From the NCBI GenBank assembly GCA_050948885.1, contig JBMNER010000003.1:15820-79819 (forward strand): a DNA stretch of 64,000 nucleotides. Reading direction: 5' to 3'. The notes beneath the pieces are model-generated. The model was not told the origin of the DNA. It did no database searches and saw nothing but the letters and a program-made list of their open reading frames with translations. Source of the stretch: Bacilli bacterium. Lineage in GTDB: Bacteria > Bacillota_I > Bacilli_A > RF39 > UBA660. The position numbers and the translations under genes are program-made. Positions 38,553-49,594 of this stretch are shown piece after piece. Numbering within the stretch: position 1 is the first letter of the stretch; the number at the start of each line of letters is the position of its first letter.

Positions 38553-38563
38553 GAGGTTTTACG

Positions 38564-39652
38564 ATGGAAGAAAAAGAAAAAATTAATTCCCTGCAGGTTG
38601 GTCTGTTAACCCTCTTTCTAATTAAAGCGCCCGGCGTTAGTACTGGTTTAAATGATATTGCCGAAAGAGCTCACCAAGATAGCTGGTTAAGCATTATCTT
38701 TGGTCTTATTATAGGATTAATTCCACTTACCATTTATTTATTTATTGCCCACAAACAAAAAAAAGTTAATATCATTGCCTTAAATGAAATTATATTTGGG
38801 AAATGGCTGGGTATCGGGTTTAATATCATCCTAATCATGGCGGCTTTTATTGTGGCCATCGCCATTTTATGGGACTTTGCTCTTTTTATCTCAACGGTTT
38901 TTTTAATTAATACACCCACCACCATCATTACATTTATGTTTGTCGCCCTTGCCGTAGTAACCGCGATTAAAGGTATAGAAGTTATATCCCGCACAGCCTG
39001 TTTATTATTCTTACTATATATTTTCTTTCATCTTGCCTTTGTATTGGGATTATTACCATATGTGGAAATTAACAATATTAAGCCCATTTTAGAAAACGGC
39101 TTTATACCAGTTATCCATGGCGGTTTAATCTTTATCTCAATTAGTATCTTACCAATATTTTTATTATTAATTATACCCCTAACAAAAATTACTGATATTA
39201 AAAAATATAACCGTTCCATGATCTTCTTTTATCTATTATCGGGCTTAACTATTTTAAATATAATTTTTTTAACTATTTCGGTTCTTGGTATTAATTTAAT
39301 TGATTTATACCATTACCCCGTGTTCTCAGCAATGAAAAAAATCTCTTTTTTAAACTTTATTGAAAGAATTGAAGGTAGTGTAGCCATCAAGTGGATTTTT
39401 GTTCAATTTATAACTGGTACAATGGCTATTTATTTTATTAAAGAAGCAATTAAAACGACCTTTAAAATTAAAAAAGAAAAAACTATTAAAATAATTACTT
39501 TTCTAACTGGGCTTATAATTCTTATTATTCCTAACTTTATTTTTCCCCTTAACATTAAGTTTCAAGATTGGTTATTTCAATATTACGGATTATTACTAAG
39601 TTTTTGTTTTTTTCTCATTCCCTTAAGTTATTTTTATCCGCTTATTATTTAA
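38564..39652 (+). CDS. Spore germination receptor B subunit (permease-like)
   Basis: Multi-TM; QDSWLSI, GIEVISR, NIKPILENG, FIERIE. Confidence 0.9.
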   Translation: MEEKEKINSLQVGLLTLFLIKAPGVSTGLNDIAERAHQDSWLSIIFGLIIGLIPLTIYLFIAHKQKKVNIIALNEIIFGKWLGIGFNIILIMAAFIVAIAILWDFALFISTVFLINTPTTIITFMFVALAVVTAIKGIEVISRTACLLFLLYIFFHLAFVLGLLPYVEINNIKPILENGFIPVIHGGLIFISISILPIFLLLIIPLTKITDIKKYNRSMIFFYLLSGLTILNIIFLTISVLGINLIDLYHYPVFSAMKKISFLNFIERIEGSVAIKWIFVQFITGTMAIYFIKEAIKTTFKIKKEKTIKIITFLTGLIILIIPNFIFPLNIKFQDWLFQYYGLLLSFCFFLIPLSYFYPLII

Positions 39653-39672
39653 AATAAAAAAGGTAATATAAA

Positions 39673-40341
39673 TTACCTTAAACTTATTTGATACTTAGTT
39701 TGAAATTGTTCTAACTCCTTAACTGAATATGTTTTATAATTAATATCTTTTAGTTGTTCCGTACTATAACGATAAGATTGTAAGAATAACTTCTTAGTAT
39801 TAGCAAAGTAAGATGCCACTTCCTTAATATCTTCTTCTGTATGCATATCTTGATTAATAGTTAATCGAAACTCATAATTAATACCACTATTTTCAATTAA
39901 CTTAATACTTTTATTTAATATTAGCGGTTTAATATTAACACCGGTTGTTAATTCATATTTAGAAAAAGTATTTTTTATATCCATGGCGATATAATCTAAT
40001 AAATTATCTTGAATTAATGACTTTAAAACACCAGGGTTACTACCATTAGTATCAAGCTTAATAAGATAACCTAGTTCTTTAATTTTAATAATTAATTCCC
40101 TTAACTGATTACCATATATAGTTGGTTCCCCGCCAGTTATTACTACTGCATCAATTAATTTCTTTCTTACTATTAAATTATTAATAACTTCATCATGAGA
40201 ATATATCTTCGTTTTTTTCCTTACAATATCTTTATTATGACAATATGGGCATGAAAAATTACAACCACCCGTAAAAATAACAAAGGATATCTTTGAAGGA
40301 TAATCAATTAATGACATGGCATTTATTCCATAAATCATCAA
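39673..40341 (-). CDS. nrdG: Anaerobic ribonucleotide reductase activating enzyme
   Basis: SLIDYP, GCNFSCPYCHN, TGGEPT, KLDTNG; follows nrdD. Confidence 0.9.
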   Translation of the reverse strand: MMIYGINAMSLIDYPSKISFVIFTGGCNFSCPYCHNKDIVRKKTKIYSHDEVINNLIVRKKLIDAVVITGGEPTIYGNQLRELIIKIKELGYLIKLDTNGSNPGVLKSLIQDNLLDYIAMDIKNTFSKYELTTGVNIKPLILNKSIKLIENSGINYEFRLTINQDMHTEEDIKEVASYFANTKKLFLQSYRYSTEQLKDINYKTYSVKELEQFQTKYQISLR

Positions 40342-40347
40342 ACGTAC

Positions 40348-42441
40348 CTACTCAACATTATAAGTTAAACGATCATGATATTCTTCACGCTTACCTTTAT
40401 TAAAAGCTTGTACCGGACGATAGAACCCAACCACTCTAGTCCACACTTCAGTATCCTTATTACATTTAGGGCATTTAAATTGTTCACCATTAAGATATCC
40501 ATGCTCATCACAAATCGAAAAAGTTGGCGTGATTGAAAAATAAGGTAATTCATAATTTTCAAATACTTTTTTAATTAAATTTTTAGTAACACGATAATCA
40601 TCTATTTGTTCCCCAATATAAGCATGTAAAACAGTACCACCAGTATATTTAGTTTGTAATTCATTTTGCAATCTTAACACTTCATATAAATCAGTAGTAT
40701 AATCAACTGGCAAATGCGTACTATTGGTATAATATGGTTCATCTTTACCAGCTGTAATAATATCTGGGTATCTTTCCCGATCAGCCCTCGCTAATCGATA
40801 AGAAGTACCTTCAGCCGGAGTTGCCTCAAGATTATACAAATTACCATCTTCTTGATATTCGACTATTACTTCTCGCATATAATCTAATATCTCTTTGGCA
40901 AATTTTTGGCCCACCTCGGTTGTAATATCTTCTTTATCATCATAAAAATTTTTAATGCACTCATTCATCCCGACAATCCCAATCGTATTAAAATGATTCT
41001 TCCAATACTCACCAAAACGTTCATAAACCTCCAATAGATAAGCTTTACTATATGGATACAAATCATTCTTAGTATTTTTTTCGATTAATTTACGCTTAAT
41101 AACTAATGATTGGCGAGCCACATCCATTAAACGGCGTAAATGCTTCTTTAAATCTTTTTTTGTTTTATATAAATACCCCAATCTTGGTAAATTAATAGTA
41201 ACTACCCCAATACTACCAGTCAAAGGATTCGCCCCAAATAAACCGCCGCCTCTTTTTCTTAATTCCCTATTATCAAGTCTTAAACGGCAACACATACTAC
41301 GCGCATCCTCAGGTTTTAAATCACTATTGATAAAATTAGCAAAATAAGGGATACCATATTTACTAGTCATCTTCATAATATCATCAACAATTGGATTGTC
41401 CCAATCAAAATCCTTTGTAATATTATAAGTAGGAATTGGAAAAGTAAAAGTTCTACCTCTCGCGTCGCCTTCGGTCATCACCTCACAAAAAGCCTTATTA
41501 AACATATCTATTTCCTCTTGAAACTCACTATAAGTTTCCTTCATCAGTTTGCCCCCAATAATAACTGGCTTATCTTTTAAAATTGAAGGGACTACTAAAT
41601 CTAAAGTAACATTGGTAAAAGGAGTTTGAAAACCAACTCTAGTTGGTACATTTAAGTTAAAAATAAACATCTGCATATTTTGTTTTACTTGTTTATAACT
41701 TAAATTATCATAACGGATAAATGGCGCCAGATATATATCAATACTAGATAATGCTTGCGCTCCCGCTGATTCATGTTGAACAGTGTAACAAAAATTAACT
41801 ATTTGTAATAACGCTGCCGATAAATGTTTAGGTGGTTTTGTATGCACCTTGTTTTTTACCCCAGCAAACCCCTTTAATAATAAACTTTCCATATCCCAAC
41901 CACAACAATAAGCTGATAACATAGTTAAATCATGAATATGAATATCGCCATTTTCATGCGCCTCTTTTTGACCAGGAGCATAAACATGATTTAGCCAAAA
42001 ACTCTTAGTTATTTCTCCCGCAATATAAGTATTTAGTCCTTGTAAAGAATAATCCATATTAGCGTTTTCTTTTACTAGCCAATCTTCTTCCTTTATATAA
42101 TTTTTCATAATATTTTCAACATTTAAAATGGTGGTCATATCTTTTCTAATCTGTTCTCTTTGAAAACGATAACGAACATAACTTCTAGCCACATCAGTCA
42201 TACCAAGCATCATTAATGTCTCTTCAACCACATTTTGAATATCCTCTAAATGAACAATTGCGTTCTTCTGTTCTGTTAGCTTAAAAACAACAATATTGGT
42301 TGTAAGCTTACTCATTTCTGCCGCTTTTTCACTAGATAAATTTTCACGCGTATTAATAATGGCCTTATAAATAGCATTCTCTATTTTAGCCTTATTAAAA
42401 TCCTCCTTCCGCCCAGTTCTTTTAATAACACTTTTTAACAT
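40348..42441 (-). CDS. nrdD: Class III ribonucleoside-triphosphate reductase with ATP cone
   Basis: N-terminal VIKR ATP cone, MCCRL, EATPAE, C-terminal zinc site and TRVVGFYRP glycyl-radical motif. Confidence 0.95.
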   Translation of the reverse strand: MLKSVIKRTGRKEDFNKAKIENAIYKAIINTRENLSSEKAAEMSKLTTNIVVFKLTEQKNAIVHLEDIQNVVEETLMMLGMTDVARSYVRYRFQREQIRKDMTTILNVENIMKNYIKEEDWLVKENANMDYSLQGLNTYIAGEITKSFWLNHVYAPGQKEAHENGDIHIHDLTMLSAYCCGWDMESLLLKGFAGVKNKVHTKPPKHLSAALLQIVNFCYTVQHESAGAQALSSIDIYLAPFIRYDNLSYKQVKQNMQMFIFNLNVPTRVGFQTPFTNVTLDLVVPSILKDKPVIIGGKLMKETYSEFQEEIDMFNKAFCEVMTEGDARGRTFTFPIPTYNITKDFDWDNPIVDDIMKMTSKYGIPYFANFINSDLKPEDARSMCCRLRLDNRELRKRGGGLFGANPLTGSIGVVTINLPRLGYLYKTKKDLKKHLRRLMDVARQSLVIKRKLIEKNTKNDLYPYSKAYLLEVYERFGEYWKNHFNTIGIVGMNECIKNFYDDKEDITTEVGQKFAKEILDYMREVIVEYQEDGNLYNLEATPAEGTSYRLARADRERYPDIITAGKDEPYYTNSTHLPVDYTTDLYEVLRLQNELQTKYTGGTVLHAYIGEQIDDYRVTKNLIKKVFENYELPYFSITPTFSICDEHGYLNGEQFKCPKCNKDTEVWTRVVGFYRPVQAFNKGKREEYHDRLTYNVE

Positions 42442-42594
42442 ACTCCGTAGTACCTCTCTCCCTTATTTTCTGCCACTAGTCTAGTTGGTATTTTTATTAT
42501 AGCATAATTTTTTTTAATTTAAATGATTGTTACTCATTTTGTATTTTATTTTTTTTAAAAATAAAACCCTTCTTTAAAAGGGTTGTTTTTATCA

Positions 42595-42668
42595 TGGTGC
42601 CGGGTGTGGGAATCGAACCCACAGCGGTGCATTACCATTGCACTATTTTACCACTAAACTAACCCGGC
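42595..42668 (-). tRNA. tRNA-Thr(GGT)
   Basis: Acceptor stem GCCGGGT/ACCCGGC, anticodon arm GTGCA-ATGGTAA-TGCAC, TTCGATT loop, CCA. Confidence 0.85.
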
Positions 42669-42678
42669 CTAAATATAA

Positions 42679-42755
42679 TGGCGTCCCCGAGAGGATTCGA
42701 ACCTCCGACCTATAGCTTAGGAGGCTATCGCTCTATCCGTCTGAGCTACGGGGAC
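42679..42755 (-). tRNA. tRNA-Arg(CCT)
   Basis: GTCCCCG..ATAGC-CTCCTAA-GCTAT..TTCGAA..CCA. Confidence 0.93.
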
Positions 42756-42765
42756 AGAAAAGGGT

Positions 42766-43278
42766 TTAACGTAGTAAGTTTAGAAAAACTAAAATTAAAA
42801 GATTCACAGAAAGTTTTACCCGATAACCAAATGTTACCGAATGTTCACCTAACGCCACAACATCATCAACAAAATTAACCAGCCAGCTTTCTAAACAACG
42901 TGGGGCTTTAAGACTAGCTGGGAACATATGGGATTCAATAATATTTTTTTCCATCGCCGAAATATTAAAACGCTTAGTCGCATTTTTTGCGGCCACATCT
43001 GAGTGCGTAAAACTAAGAATAATTTTATCCTTAAAGTTAATACCCTCATCAGTTAGAAAAAAATCATGCAGTAATCCACCGGTCGCTACCTTCTTATAAT
43101 CTAACCTCAAAAATTTAGCTATTTTATATGAATAATAGGAAACCTTTATGGAATGACAAAATCTACTTACACCATGATGGCTCATATTTTTTAACTTTAA
43201 AAACATTTTGTCTTTTAAAATGTGTTTAACTATTTTAATATATTTTTTATCATCATAGATATGACTCATAAATTTCAC
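42766..43278 (-). CDS. HD-domain phosphohydrolase
   Basis: HHGVSRFCHS, LLHDFF, IESHMFP. Confidence 0.85.
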   Translation of the reverse strand: MKFMSHIYDDKKYIKIVKHILKDKMFLKLKNMSHHGVSRFCHSIKVSYYSYKIAKFLRLDYKKVATGGLLHDFFLTDEGINFKDKIILSFTHSDVAAKNATKRFNISAMEKNIIESHMFPASLKAPRCLESWLVNFVDDVVALGEHSVTFGYRVKLSVNLLILVFLNLLR

Positions 43279-43309
43279 CTCCTATATTATCAACATAATA
43301 GCTTCTTTT

Positions 43310-43708
43310 TTAGCCGAAAAACCTCTTTATTTCCATAGTGGCTGTCTCAACCGAATCCGAACAATGAATAAGATTTTGGGTTGTATTATGGGCATAATCA
43401 CCTCTAATTGTACCTGGGGTGGCTTCTTGCCATTGTGTAGAACCAGCTAAATTACGCATAGCCCTAATAATGCTTTCCCCTTCCACAATTATACCGACAA
43501 CTGGACCGGAAATCATAAAATCAACCAGGTCCTTGAAGAAAGGTTTATCAATATGATGATGATAATGTTCCCTTAAAATTTCTTCATTTAACTGCATCAT
43601 TTTCATATCAACAATACGAAATCCTTTCTCTTCTATTCTAGAGATAATTTTCCCCAGTAATTTTCTTTGGTAAGCATCCGGTTTTAACATGACATAGGTT
43701 CTTTCCAT
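43310..43708 (-). CDS. ndk: Nucleoside diphosphate kinase
   Basis: ERTYVMLKPDA, PGTIRGD, NLIHCSDS. Confidence 0.96.
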   Translation of the reverse strand: MERTYVMLKPDAYQRKLLGKIISRIEEKGFRIVDMKMMQLNEEILREHYHHHIDKPFFKDLVDFMISGPVVGIIVEGESIIRAMRNLAGSTQWQEATPGTIRGDYAHNTTQNLIHCSDSVETATMEIKRFFG

Positions 43709-43768
43709 GATTTAAATCCTCCTAATTCTATCGCTTTTTATATTATCATACACGCCTTCAATAACTTA

Positions 43769-43853
43769 TGGTGCGAAGAAGGGGATTTGAACCCCTACGG
43801 TTTTCACCACACGCCCCTCAAGCGTGCGCGTCTACCTATTCCGCCATCCTCGC
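43769..43853 (-). tRNA. tRNA-Leu(GAG)
   Basis: CACGC-TTGAGGG-GCGTG anticodon arm, long variable arm, CCA. Confidence 0.93.
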
Positions 43854-43986
43854 AACGCTAGTACATTATAACAAATAATTGTCCTTTATTCAATTCCTTA
43901 AACCAAAAACAATATACCTTTCTTTATATTTATATTCATTTTAAAATTTCTTAATAATTAAAATTAAATGAACAAAATTATTTTTT

Positions 43987-45342
43987 CTATAATGAATCTC
44001 TAGCTTTAAACACTTTTAATGCCCGTGACCAAACCTTATCGGTTGAATAATTAAGAATACCGACCCGATAAACTTTAAGTCCTTGACTAAGTAGTAAATA
44101 ATTAGTTATTAAAAGTAATAAGATAGCAAAACAAATATCTATTACACTAATCTGTCCCATTAGTAATAATACTGGGGCGAGTAATGCGGAAATAAAAGGA
44201 AAATAGGATGCGGAAATAATAAAGATTGAACCTTCAAACATCGCTGACATCATCGCCAAATAAAAACTAGCGACTAATACAATCATAATAGGACCTAATA
44301 TTTGTTGATAATCCTCAATATTAACTGTTATGGACGCTAAAATGCCCGCAATTAAAGAATAAGCTAAAAAGGTTAAAATAAACAATAATAAAGTTAAAGG
44401 AATTACATATATTAATCGTTCGGCAATACCATTGGTAACCATTATCTCCCAGAACTCATTAATACTAATATTTAAATTACCGATAGTGCTACCCCCGTAA
44501 ACAGCACCTAACACTTTTCGGACTAATAATCCTGATAAGCTATAAAGTATTAATAAAAAACCTTGTAAAAACACAAAAATATTAGCCGCGATTATTTTAG
44601 AAAAAAAATGGGTTTTGGGAGAAACATTAGAGATAATAATCTCCATCCCTTTAGTAGTTTTTTCCTCCGTTATTTCTAGACCAATCATTTGGACTACAAA
44701 AATAACTAGAAAATAAAATGGTAAAATTAAAATAGGCATCGCAATGGACATAATAGAGTCATAATCCTTACCATTCTTTTTATCTAAATTAATATATTCA
44801 ATATTTACTGGGTTATATATACGACTTAACTCAGTCAATGATATATTTGATAAACTAAGAGCCATACTAGTTTTCGTATTATTAATAGCCGTAATTATAA
44901 CTTGTTGTAATAACTGATCATGATTATTATCAGTTATTATTTTCGCTTTCAGATAATTATCCTCATCCGCTTCTAAAATAATCGCAACCCCTTTTGTACC
45001 TTCTAACTCTTTAGTTATTTCGGCTTCTAATTTAGTCGATTTACTAATACTGTAATCAAGCATAAATCCTAACTGTTCTTTATTTTTAGCCATTTCATTA
45101 ACTAAAAGATCATAACTAGTATCAGTATTATCAAGCACAAATACTTCCGTTGTACTACTAAAATCACCCCCGAAAAAACTAACAATCCGGTCCCCATTAA
45201 TAAGAGCCACGGTTAAAACCAAAATGGCAATATTAGCGATAACAAACCACTTCGTTTTAATCTTCTTATTTAAACTATATTTAGTTAAAAACAATAACTT
45301 ATTCCTCATAACTTTCACCCACTTTCGCGATAAAAATTTCAT
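43987..45342 (-). CDS. ABC-2 type permease (NatB/YhaP-like)
   Basis: EEKTTKGMEIIISNV motif; multiple TM helices. Confidence 0.85.
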   Translation of the reverse strand: MKFLSRKWVKVMRNKLLFLTKYSLNKKIKTKWFVIANIAILVLTVALINGDRIVSFFGGDFSSTTEVFVLDNTDTSYDLLVNEMAKNKEQLGFMLDYSISKSTKLEAEITKELEGTKGVAIILEADEDNYLKAKIITDNNHDQLLQQVIITAINNTKTSMALSLSNISLTELSRIYNPVNIEYINLDKKNGKDYDSIMSIAMPILILPFYFLVIFVVQMIGLEITEEKTTKGMEIIISNVSPKTHFFSKIIAANIFVFLQGFLLILYSLSGLLVRKVLGAVYGGSTIGNLNISINEFWEIMVTNGIAERLIYVIPLTLLLFILTFLAYSLIAGILASITVNIEDYQQILGPIMIVLVASFYLAMMSAMFEGSIFIISASYFPFISALLAPVLLLMGQISVIDICFAILLLLITNYLLLSQGLKVYRVGILNYSTDKVWSRALKVFKARDSL

Positions 45343-46207
45343 TTAAACTTGGTTCTTCAACCGAAAATTTAGTTATATTTTTACATTTACTTATATATTT
45401 AAAAACTTCATCAATAACACTGTCATCCTTTATCTTTATTTCCACTTCATCAACATAACTAGTCACATCAAGAACACCATTTATTTTTAATAATGTTTCC
45501 TTATTAATATCCCCCTTAACAATAATGTTTTTCCGACGATAATTTTTCTTAATATCAGTTAAATAACCATCGATGACCGCCTGACCAGCCACCATAATAA
45601 CTAATTTCTCACAAAAGTATTCAACATGATCCATTCGATGAGTAGAAAAGATAATAATTGACCCTTTATTTTTAAACTCCATAATTATTTCCTTAAATAA
45701 TTCCACATTAAGCGGGTCAAGCCCCGCGAAAGGTTCATCTAAAATTAATAGTTTTGGATCATTAATAAGCGCTGTGATTAATTGAATTTTCTGTTGATTC
45801 CCTTTAGATAACTCTTTAATAATGCGGTTTTTATATTCACTAATATTTAGTCTGTCTAACCAGTAATCAAGTTTCATCAAAATGGTTTCTTTATCCATTC
45901 CTTTTAACTTACCATAAAAAAGCATTTGTTCTTTTACGGTTAATTTAGTTAGTAAACTACGCTCTTCAGTCATAAAACCAATGGTATCTGTCACCCCATA
46001 ATCAATCGCCTTACCAAACAAACTAACCTTACCACTTTGGGCTTCTAAAAGGCCCATGATAATGCGAAACGTGGTTGTTTTACCAGCCCCATTCGCCCCT
46101 AATAAACCGAAAATCTCCCCTTCTTTAACGGTAAAACTGAAATTGTCTACCGCTTTTAAAGACCCATAATATTTAGTAATGTTTTCCACCTTCAACATTT
46201 CCATCAC
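45299..46207 (-). CDS. ABC transporter ATP-binding protein (YhaQ-like)
   Basis: GANGAGKTT, LSKGNQQK, LDEPF, EPSLNEIF. Confidence 0.9.
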   Translation of the reverse strand: MMEMLKVENITKYYGSLKAVDNFSFTVKEGEIFGLLGANGAGKTTTFRIIMGLLEAQSGKVSLFGKAIDYGVTDTIGFMTEERSLLTKLTVKEQMLFYGKLKGMDKETILMKLDYWLDRLNISEYKNRIIKELSKGNQQKIQLITALINDPKLLILDEPFAGLDPLNVELFKEIIMEFKNKGSIIIFSTHRMDHVEYFCEKLVIMVAGQAVIDGYLTDIKKNYRRKNIIVKGDINKETLLKINGVLDVTSYVDEVEIKIKDDSVIDEVFKYISKCKNITKFSVEEPSLNEIFIAKVGESYEE

Positions 46208-46287
46208 CTATTTCATTATATATGATTATAAATAAAAAAACTATAGATTAAGGAAATTAATCTATGGTTTTATATAGTTAATATACA

Positions 46288-47577
46288 TTATTTATTCTTT
46301 TTAGGGGTAATTATACAAGTTGATACCTGGTTTAAATCTAATAATTTAATAATCTTATCTAATTCTTCTTTATTTAAATCCTTTAGTAAATCAATTTCAT
46401 TTAAATATAGTTTATTATAATTAATAATATTACTAAGCAACTTATTATTAACGGCCAAGATATCATCAAAGGTTAAATAATAACTACTAATAAATACCTT
46501 TTTAATTCTTTCAAAATCCTTTTTGTTAACCTTAAAACCATTTAAGTACTTTTTTATAGCCATAATTAATTGAGACGGTTGATTACTCTCAGCCCCTATC
46601 TGGGCAAAGAAATAATTATCAACAAGGATTCGATTCGAACTTAAATCACCAATAATATAACCTTTTTCAACCATCTCCGCCAAAAATTTAGATGTTGAAC
46701 CAAAAAGGATATTACCTAGCAAGCCTAAATATAAATTAATTACCTTTAAATCAAAGTCTTTTAATTTAGTTAATGGTATTTTTATTCCTAATGCCACTTT
46801 CGGAACTTCTACCGCCATTTGTTTTTCCAACCTCTCCTTTACCACGGTGTTAGGTTCAGAATACTTTTTAAGTTTAATCTTTGGAAGTGGTGAAGTTTCT
46901 GTTGCGGAATGTTTTTTCTTAATTAAATCCAGTGCCTTTTCTTTTGAAAAGTTCCCCGTAATAATTAAGATCATATTTGAAGGATGATAGAAAGTATTAT
47001 AACAGGTAAGTAAATCTTCTTTGGTAATAGCCTTGATACTTTTTAAAGAGCCTGCAATATTTTGTTTAATTGGATGGTGATGAAAAGCATTTTTCTTTAA
47101 TCCACCAACTAATACCCAAAACGGCATATCGTCATACATACGTAATTCCTGTTCAATTATGCCCTTTTCCTTTTCCACGTTTTTATCCGTCAGATATGGT
47201 TTACTCACATAATCTAATAAATAATTTAAGTTCGCCTCAAAATCATTAACCCCATAAAATAAATAGGAGGTTTTAAAAAAACTAGTATTCGCATTAGCAA
47301 TCGTCCCGCTTTTCGCAAAAAAGGAAAAAGGATCAAGACCTGATTCTTGTTCAAATAATTTATGTTCTAAAAAATGGGCAATACCCTCAGGAAACTTACA
47401 GTACTTCTTCGCCCCAAGGGGCACAAACTCATTGTGAACTGACCCATATTTGGTCGAATAAGTAACATAAAATGCTTCTTGTTTTTCATTAGGAGCTAAG
47501 TATACCTCTAACCCATTCGTTAGTCGTTCGTAATAAATATTTTGATTAGTCCCTTTAATCACTAATTTATTCATCAT
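46288..47577 (-). CDS. M16 family zinc peptidase (YmfH-like)
   Basis: GIAHFLEHKLF, EKEKGIIEQE. Confidence 0.9.
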   Translation of the reverse strand: MMNKLVIKGTNQNIYYERLTNGLEVYLAPNEKQEAFYVTYSTKYGSVHNEFVPLGAKKYCKFPEGIAHFLEHKLFEQESGLDPFSFFAKSGTIANANTSFFKTSYLFYGVNDFEANLNYLLDYVSKPYLTDKNVEKEKGIIEQELRMYDDMPFWVLVGGLKKNAFHHHPIKQNIAGSLKSIKAITKEDLLTCYNTFYHPSNMILIITGNFSKEKALDLIKKKHSATETSPLPKIKLKKYSEPNTVVKERLEKQMAVEVPKVALGIKIPLTKLKDFDLKVINLYLGLLGNILFGSTSKFLAEMVEKGYIIGDLSSNRILVDNYFFAQIGAESNQPSQLIMAIKKYLNGFKVNKKDFERIKKVFISSYYLTFDDILAVNNKLLSNIINYNKLYLNEIDLLKDLNKEELDKIIKLLDLNQVSTCIITPKKNK

Positions 47578-48850
47578 TTTTCCTACCTTCTAATAAGAAT
47601 ACCTGGGCCATTTTAATTTTCTTACTTAAGCGCTTAATATCATCTTTGGTCACTAATGAAAATTGTTTTTTTTGTTCTTCAATGTTATCATCATCTAATA
47701 AATTAATATAAAAATAACGGTCAATAATACTACTTGGAAAATCATTGGCATATTTTAGAGCACTAAGGCGACGCATTTTAGTGTTATTTAAAGCTTCATC
47801 AGTAAAATCACCTTTTTTCAAATTATCCATTTCCACTTTAATTAATTTAACCGCCTTCTTAAAATTATCACTATTAATACCACTAGAAATAGTTAATAAA
47901 TTATCCGCTTCATTATATCTACTGCCAATATAATACGCTAATGATTCTTTTTCACGAACGGAATTAAATAATAACGAAGTACCCGAGCCACCTAAAATAT
48001 CATTATAAAGTGGCATCACATATTTAGACTCAAATTTAGTTACATTATTTAATTGACAACCAATTGACAAGTTGGATTGATTAATCGCTTCCGTTTCTAC
48101 TTTTGTTCGTAGATAACGATTAATTTTCTGATGTTGAATAACAACTGGACCGGGGTTTCTTTTAATTGTATTTATAGATTTAAAATAATGCTTAACATGC
48201 GTCTTAATCTCATCAATATCCACATCCCCTAAAACAAAAATATCCACTAAATCACTTTTTATTACCGATTGGTAATAACTACATAAATTACTTGGCGTTA
48301 TTTTGTCTAAATCCGCTAAATAACCTCTCATATTATAAGCTATTGGCGAATTATCATCCATTGCTTCCAACATCCTTAAGCGCGCATATTGATCCTTATT
48401 ATCTTTCAATGATTTAATAGAAGCTTCCAGAATATGCTTAATTATCTTAAATGATTTCTCATCAAATTGCTTATTAATAATATGCGGATTAAATAGGATT
48501 TCCGTTAAAAAATCTAAACTCTTTGTCAGTAGTGATCCTTTAACATATTTTTCATTTAACATCGTTAAAGAAAAGGAAAGGAAATTATAATTACCAGTAC
48601 GAAAACAATTAGAAGATAAATTAAGACCATATAATTCTTGAGCCTTTATCTTTAATAGACGATTACTAGGATATTTTAAAGATGATTGAGTTAAAATCTC
48701 TGATAAAAAATTTCGTATAGTAATTTCTTCTTTCACTACTAGTCTTCTAAAATTAACATTAATCGTGACTGTTTTAAATTTATCAGTCTTAATAATGTGT
48801 AAATTATAGGGGCCGACTTCATATTTTTGATATACCATTTTTTCACCCAA
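47567..48850 (-). CDS. M16 family non-catalytic partner (YmfF-like)
   Basis: TDKFKT, LFNSVREKESLAY; no HxxEH. Confidence 0.85.
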   Translation of the reverse strand: MGEKMVYQKYEVGPYNLHIIKTDKFKTVTINVNFRRLVVKEEITIRNFLSEILTQSSLKYPSNRLLKIKAQELYGLNLSSNCFRTGNYNFLSFSLTMLNEKYVKGSLLTKSLDFLTEILFNPHIINKQFDEKSFKIIKHILEASIKSLKDNKDQYARLRMLEAMDDNSPIAYNMRGYLADLDKITPSNLCSYYQSVIKSDLVDIFVLGDVDIDEIKTHVKHYFKSINTIKRNPGPVVIQHQKINRYLRTKVETEAINQSNLSIGCQLNNVTKFESKYVMPLYNDILGGSGTSLLFNSVREKESLAYYIGSRYNEADNLLTISSGINSDNFKKAVKLIKVEMDNLKKGDFTDEALNNTKMRRLSALKYANDFPSSIIDRYFYINLLDDDNIEEQKKQFSLVTKDDIKRLSKKIKMAQVFLLEGRKNDE

Positions 48851-48883
48851 CCACTTCTATTATTTTATTCTATTTATATATAA

Positions 48884-49594
48884 TTAATCCTGGCAAACTG
48901 ATTTTAAAGCCAGTTCAATCATGGTAATTAATTTTTGTTCTCGTTCATAGGCCGTCGTTGTTTCATTCTTAGTAAAAGAATTAACAACAGATAATAAACA
49001 AGCCGCTTCTTTATTTAAAACATTGGCCACATGAAATAACGCAAAAGCTTCCATTTCAGTCGCTAAACAATTATATTGAGAGGGGACGCGTTTTAATTGT
49101 TCTTCCTCGGCATAAAAAACATCACTAGTCATAATATTACCTCTAGTTATATTTATATCAAGCTTTTTAGCCGTCCCTTCTATTTTATTATTTAAATTTA
49201 GACTCGCTTTAGTTACCTTTTCCGGGTAATTACTTAACTCATAAGCAAAAGTTGATTCACTATAACTTTGATCAACTAAGATTAAATCATATAAATTTAA
49301 AGCGGGATGATAAGCCCCGCAAGAACCTATTCTTATAATAATTTTAACATCATAAAATTTATATAATTCATAAGCATAAATACCGATACTCGGCATCCCC
49401 ATTCCTGAGCCCATTACTGATACCCGTGTTCCCTGATAATAACCGGTATAACCAAGCATATTACGAACGGTATTAAATATAACCGGGTTATCTAAATAAT
49501 TATCGGCAATAAACTTAGCCCTTAATGGGTCTCCGGGCATTAATACAATCTCCGCAATTTCCCCCTTTTTAGCTTCAATATGTGGTGTGGTCAT
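48884..49594 (-). CDS. deoD: Purine nucleoside phosphorylase, downstream copy
   Basis: PGDPLRAK, GMGMPS, RIGSCG, EMEA. Confidence 0.93.
   Translation of the reverse strand: MTTPHIEAKKGEIAEIVLMPGDPLRAKFIADNYLDNPVIFNTVRNMLGYTGYYQGTRVSVMGSGMGMPSIGIYAYELYKFYDVKIIIRIGSCGAYHPALNLYDLILVDQSYSESTFAYELSNYPEKVTKASLNLNNKIEGTAKKLDINITRGNIMTSDVFYAEEEQLKRVPSQYNCLATEMEAFALFHVANVLNKEAACLLSVVNSFTKNETTTAYEREQKLITMIELALKSVCQD

Noticed and set aside
42470-42490. Palindrome CCACTAGTCTAGTTGG upstream of nrdD as an NrdR box
   Set aside because: Poor fit to the NrdR consensus and no tandem second box.
42678-42878. 66-aa plus-strand ORF
   Set aside because: Antisense to tRNA-Arg and the HD-domain gene; spurious.
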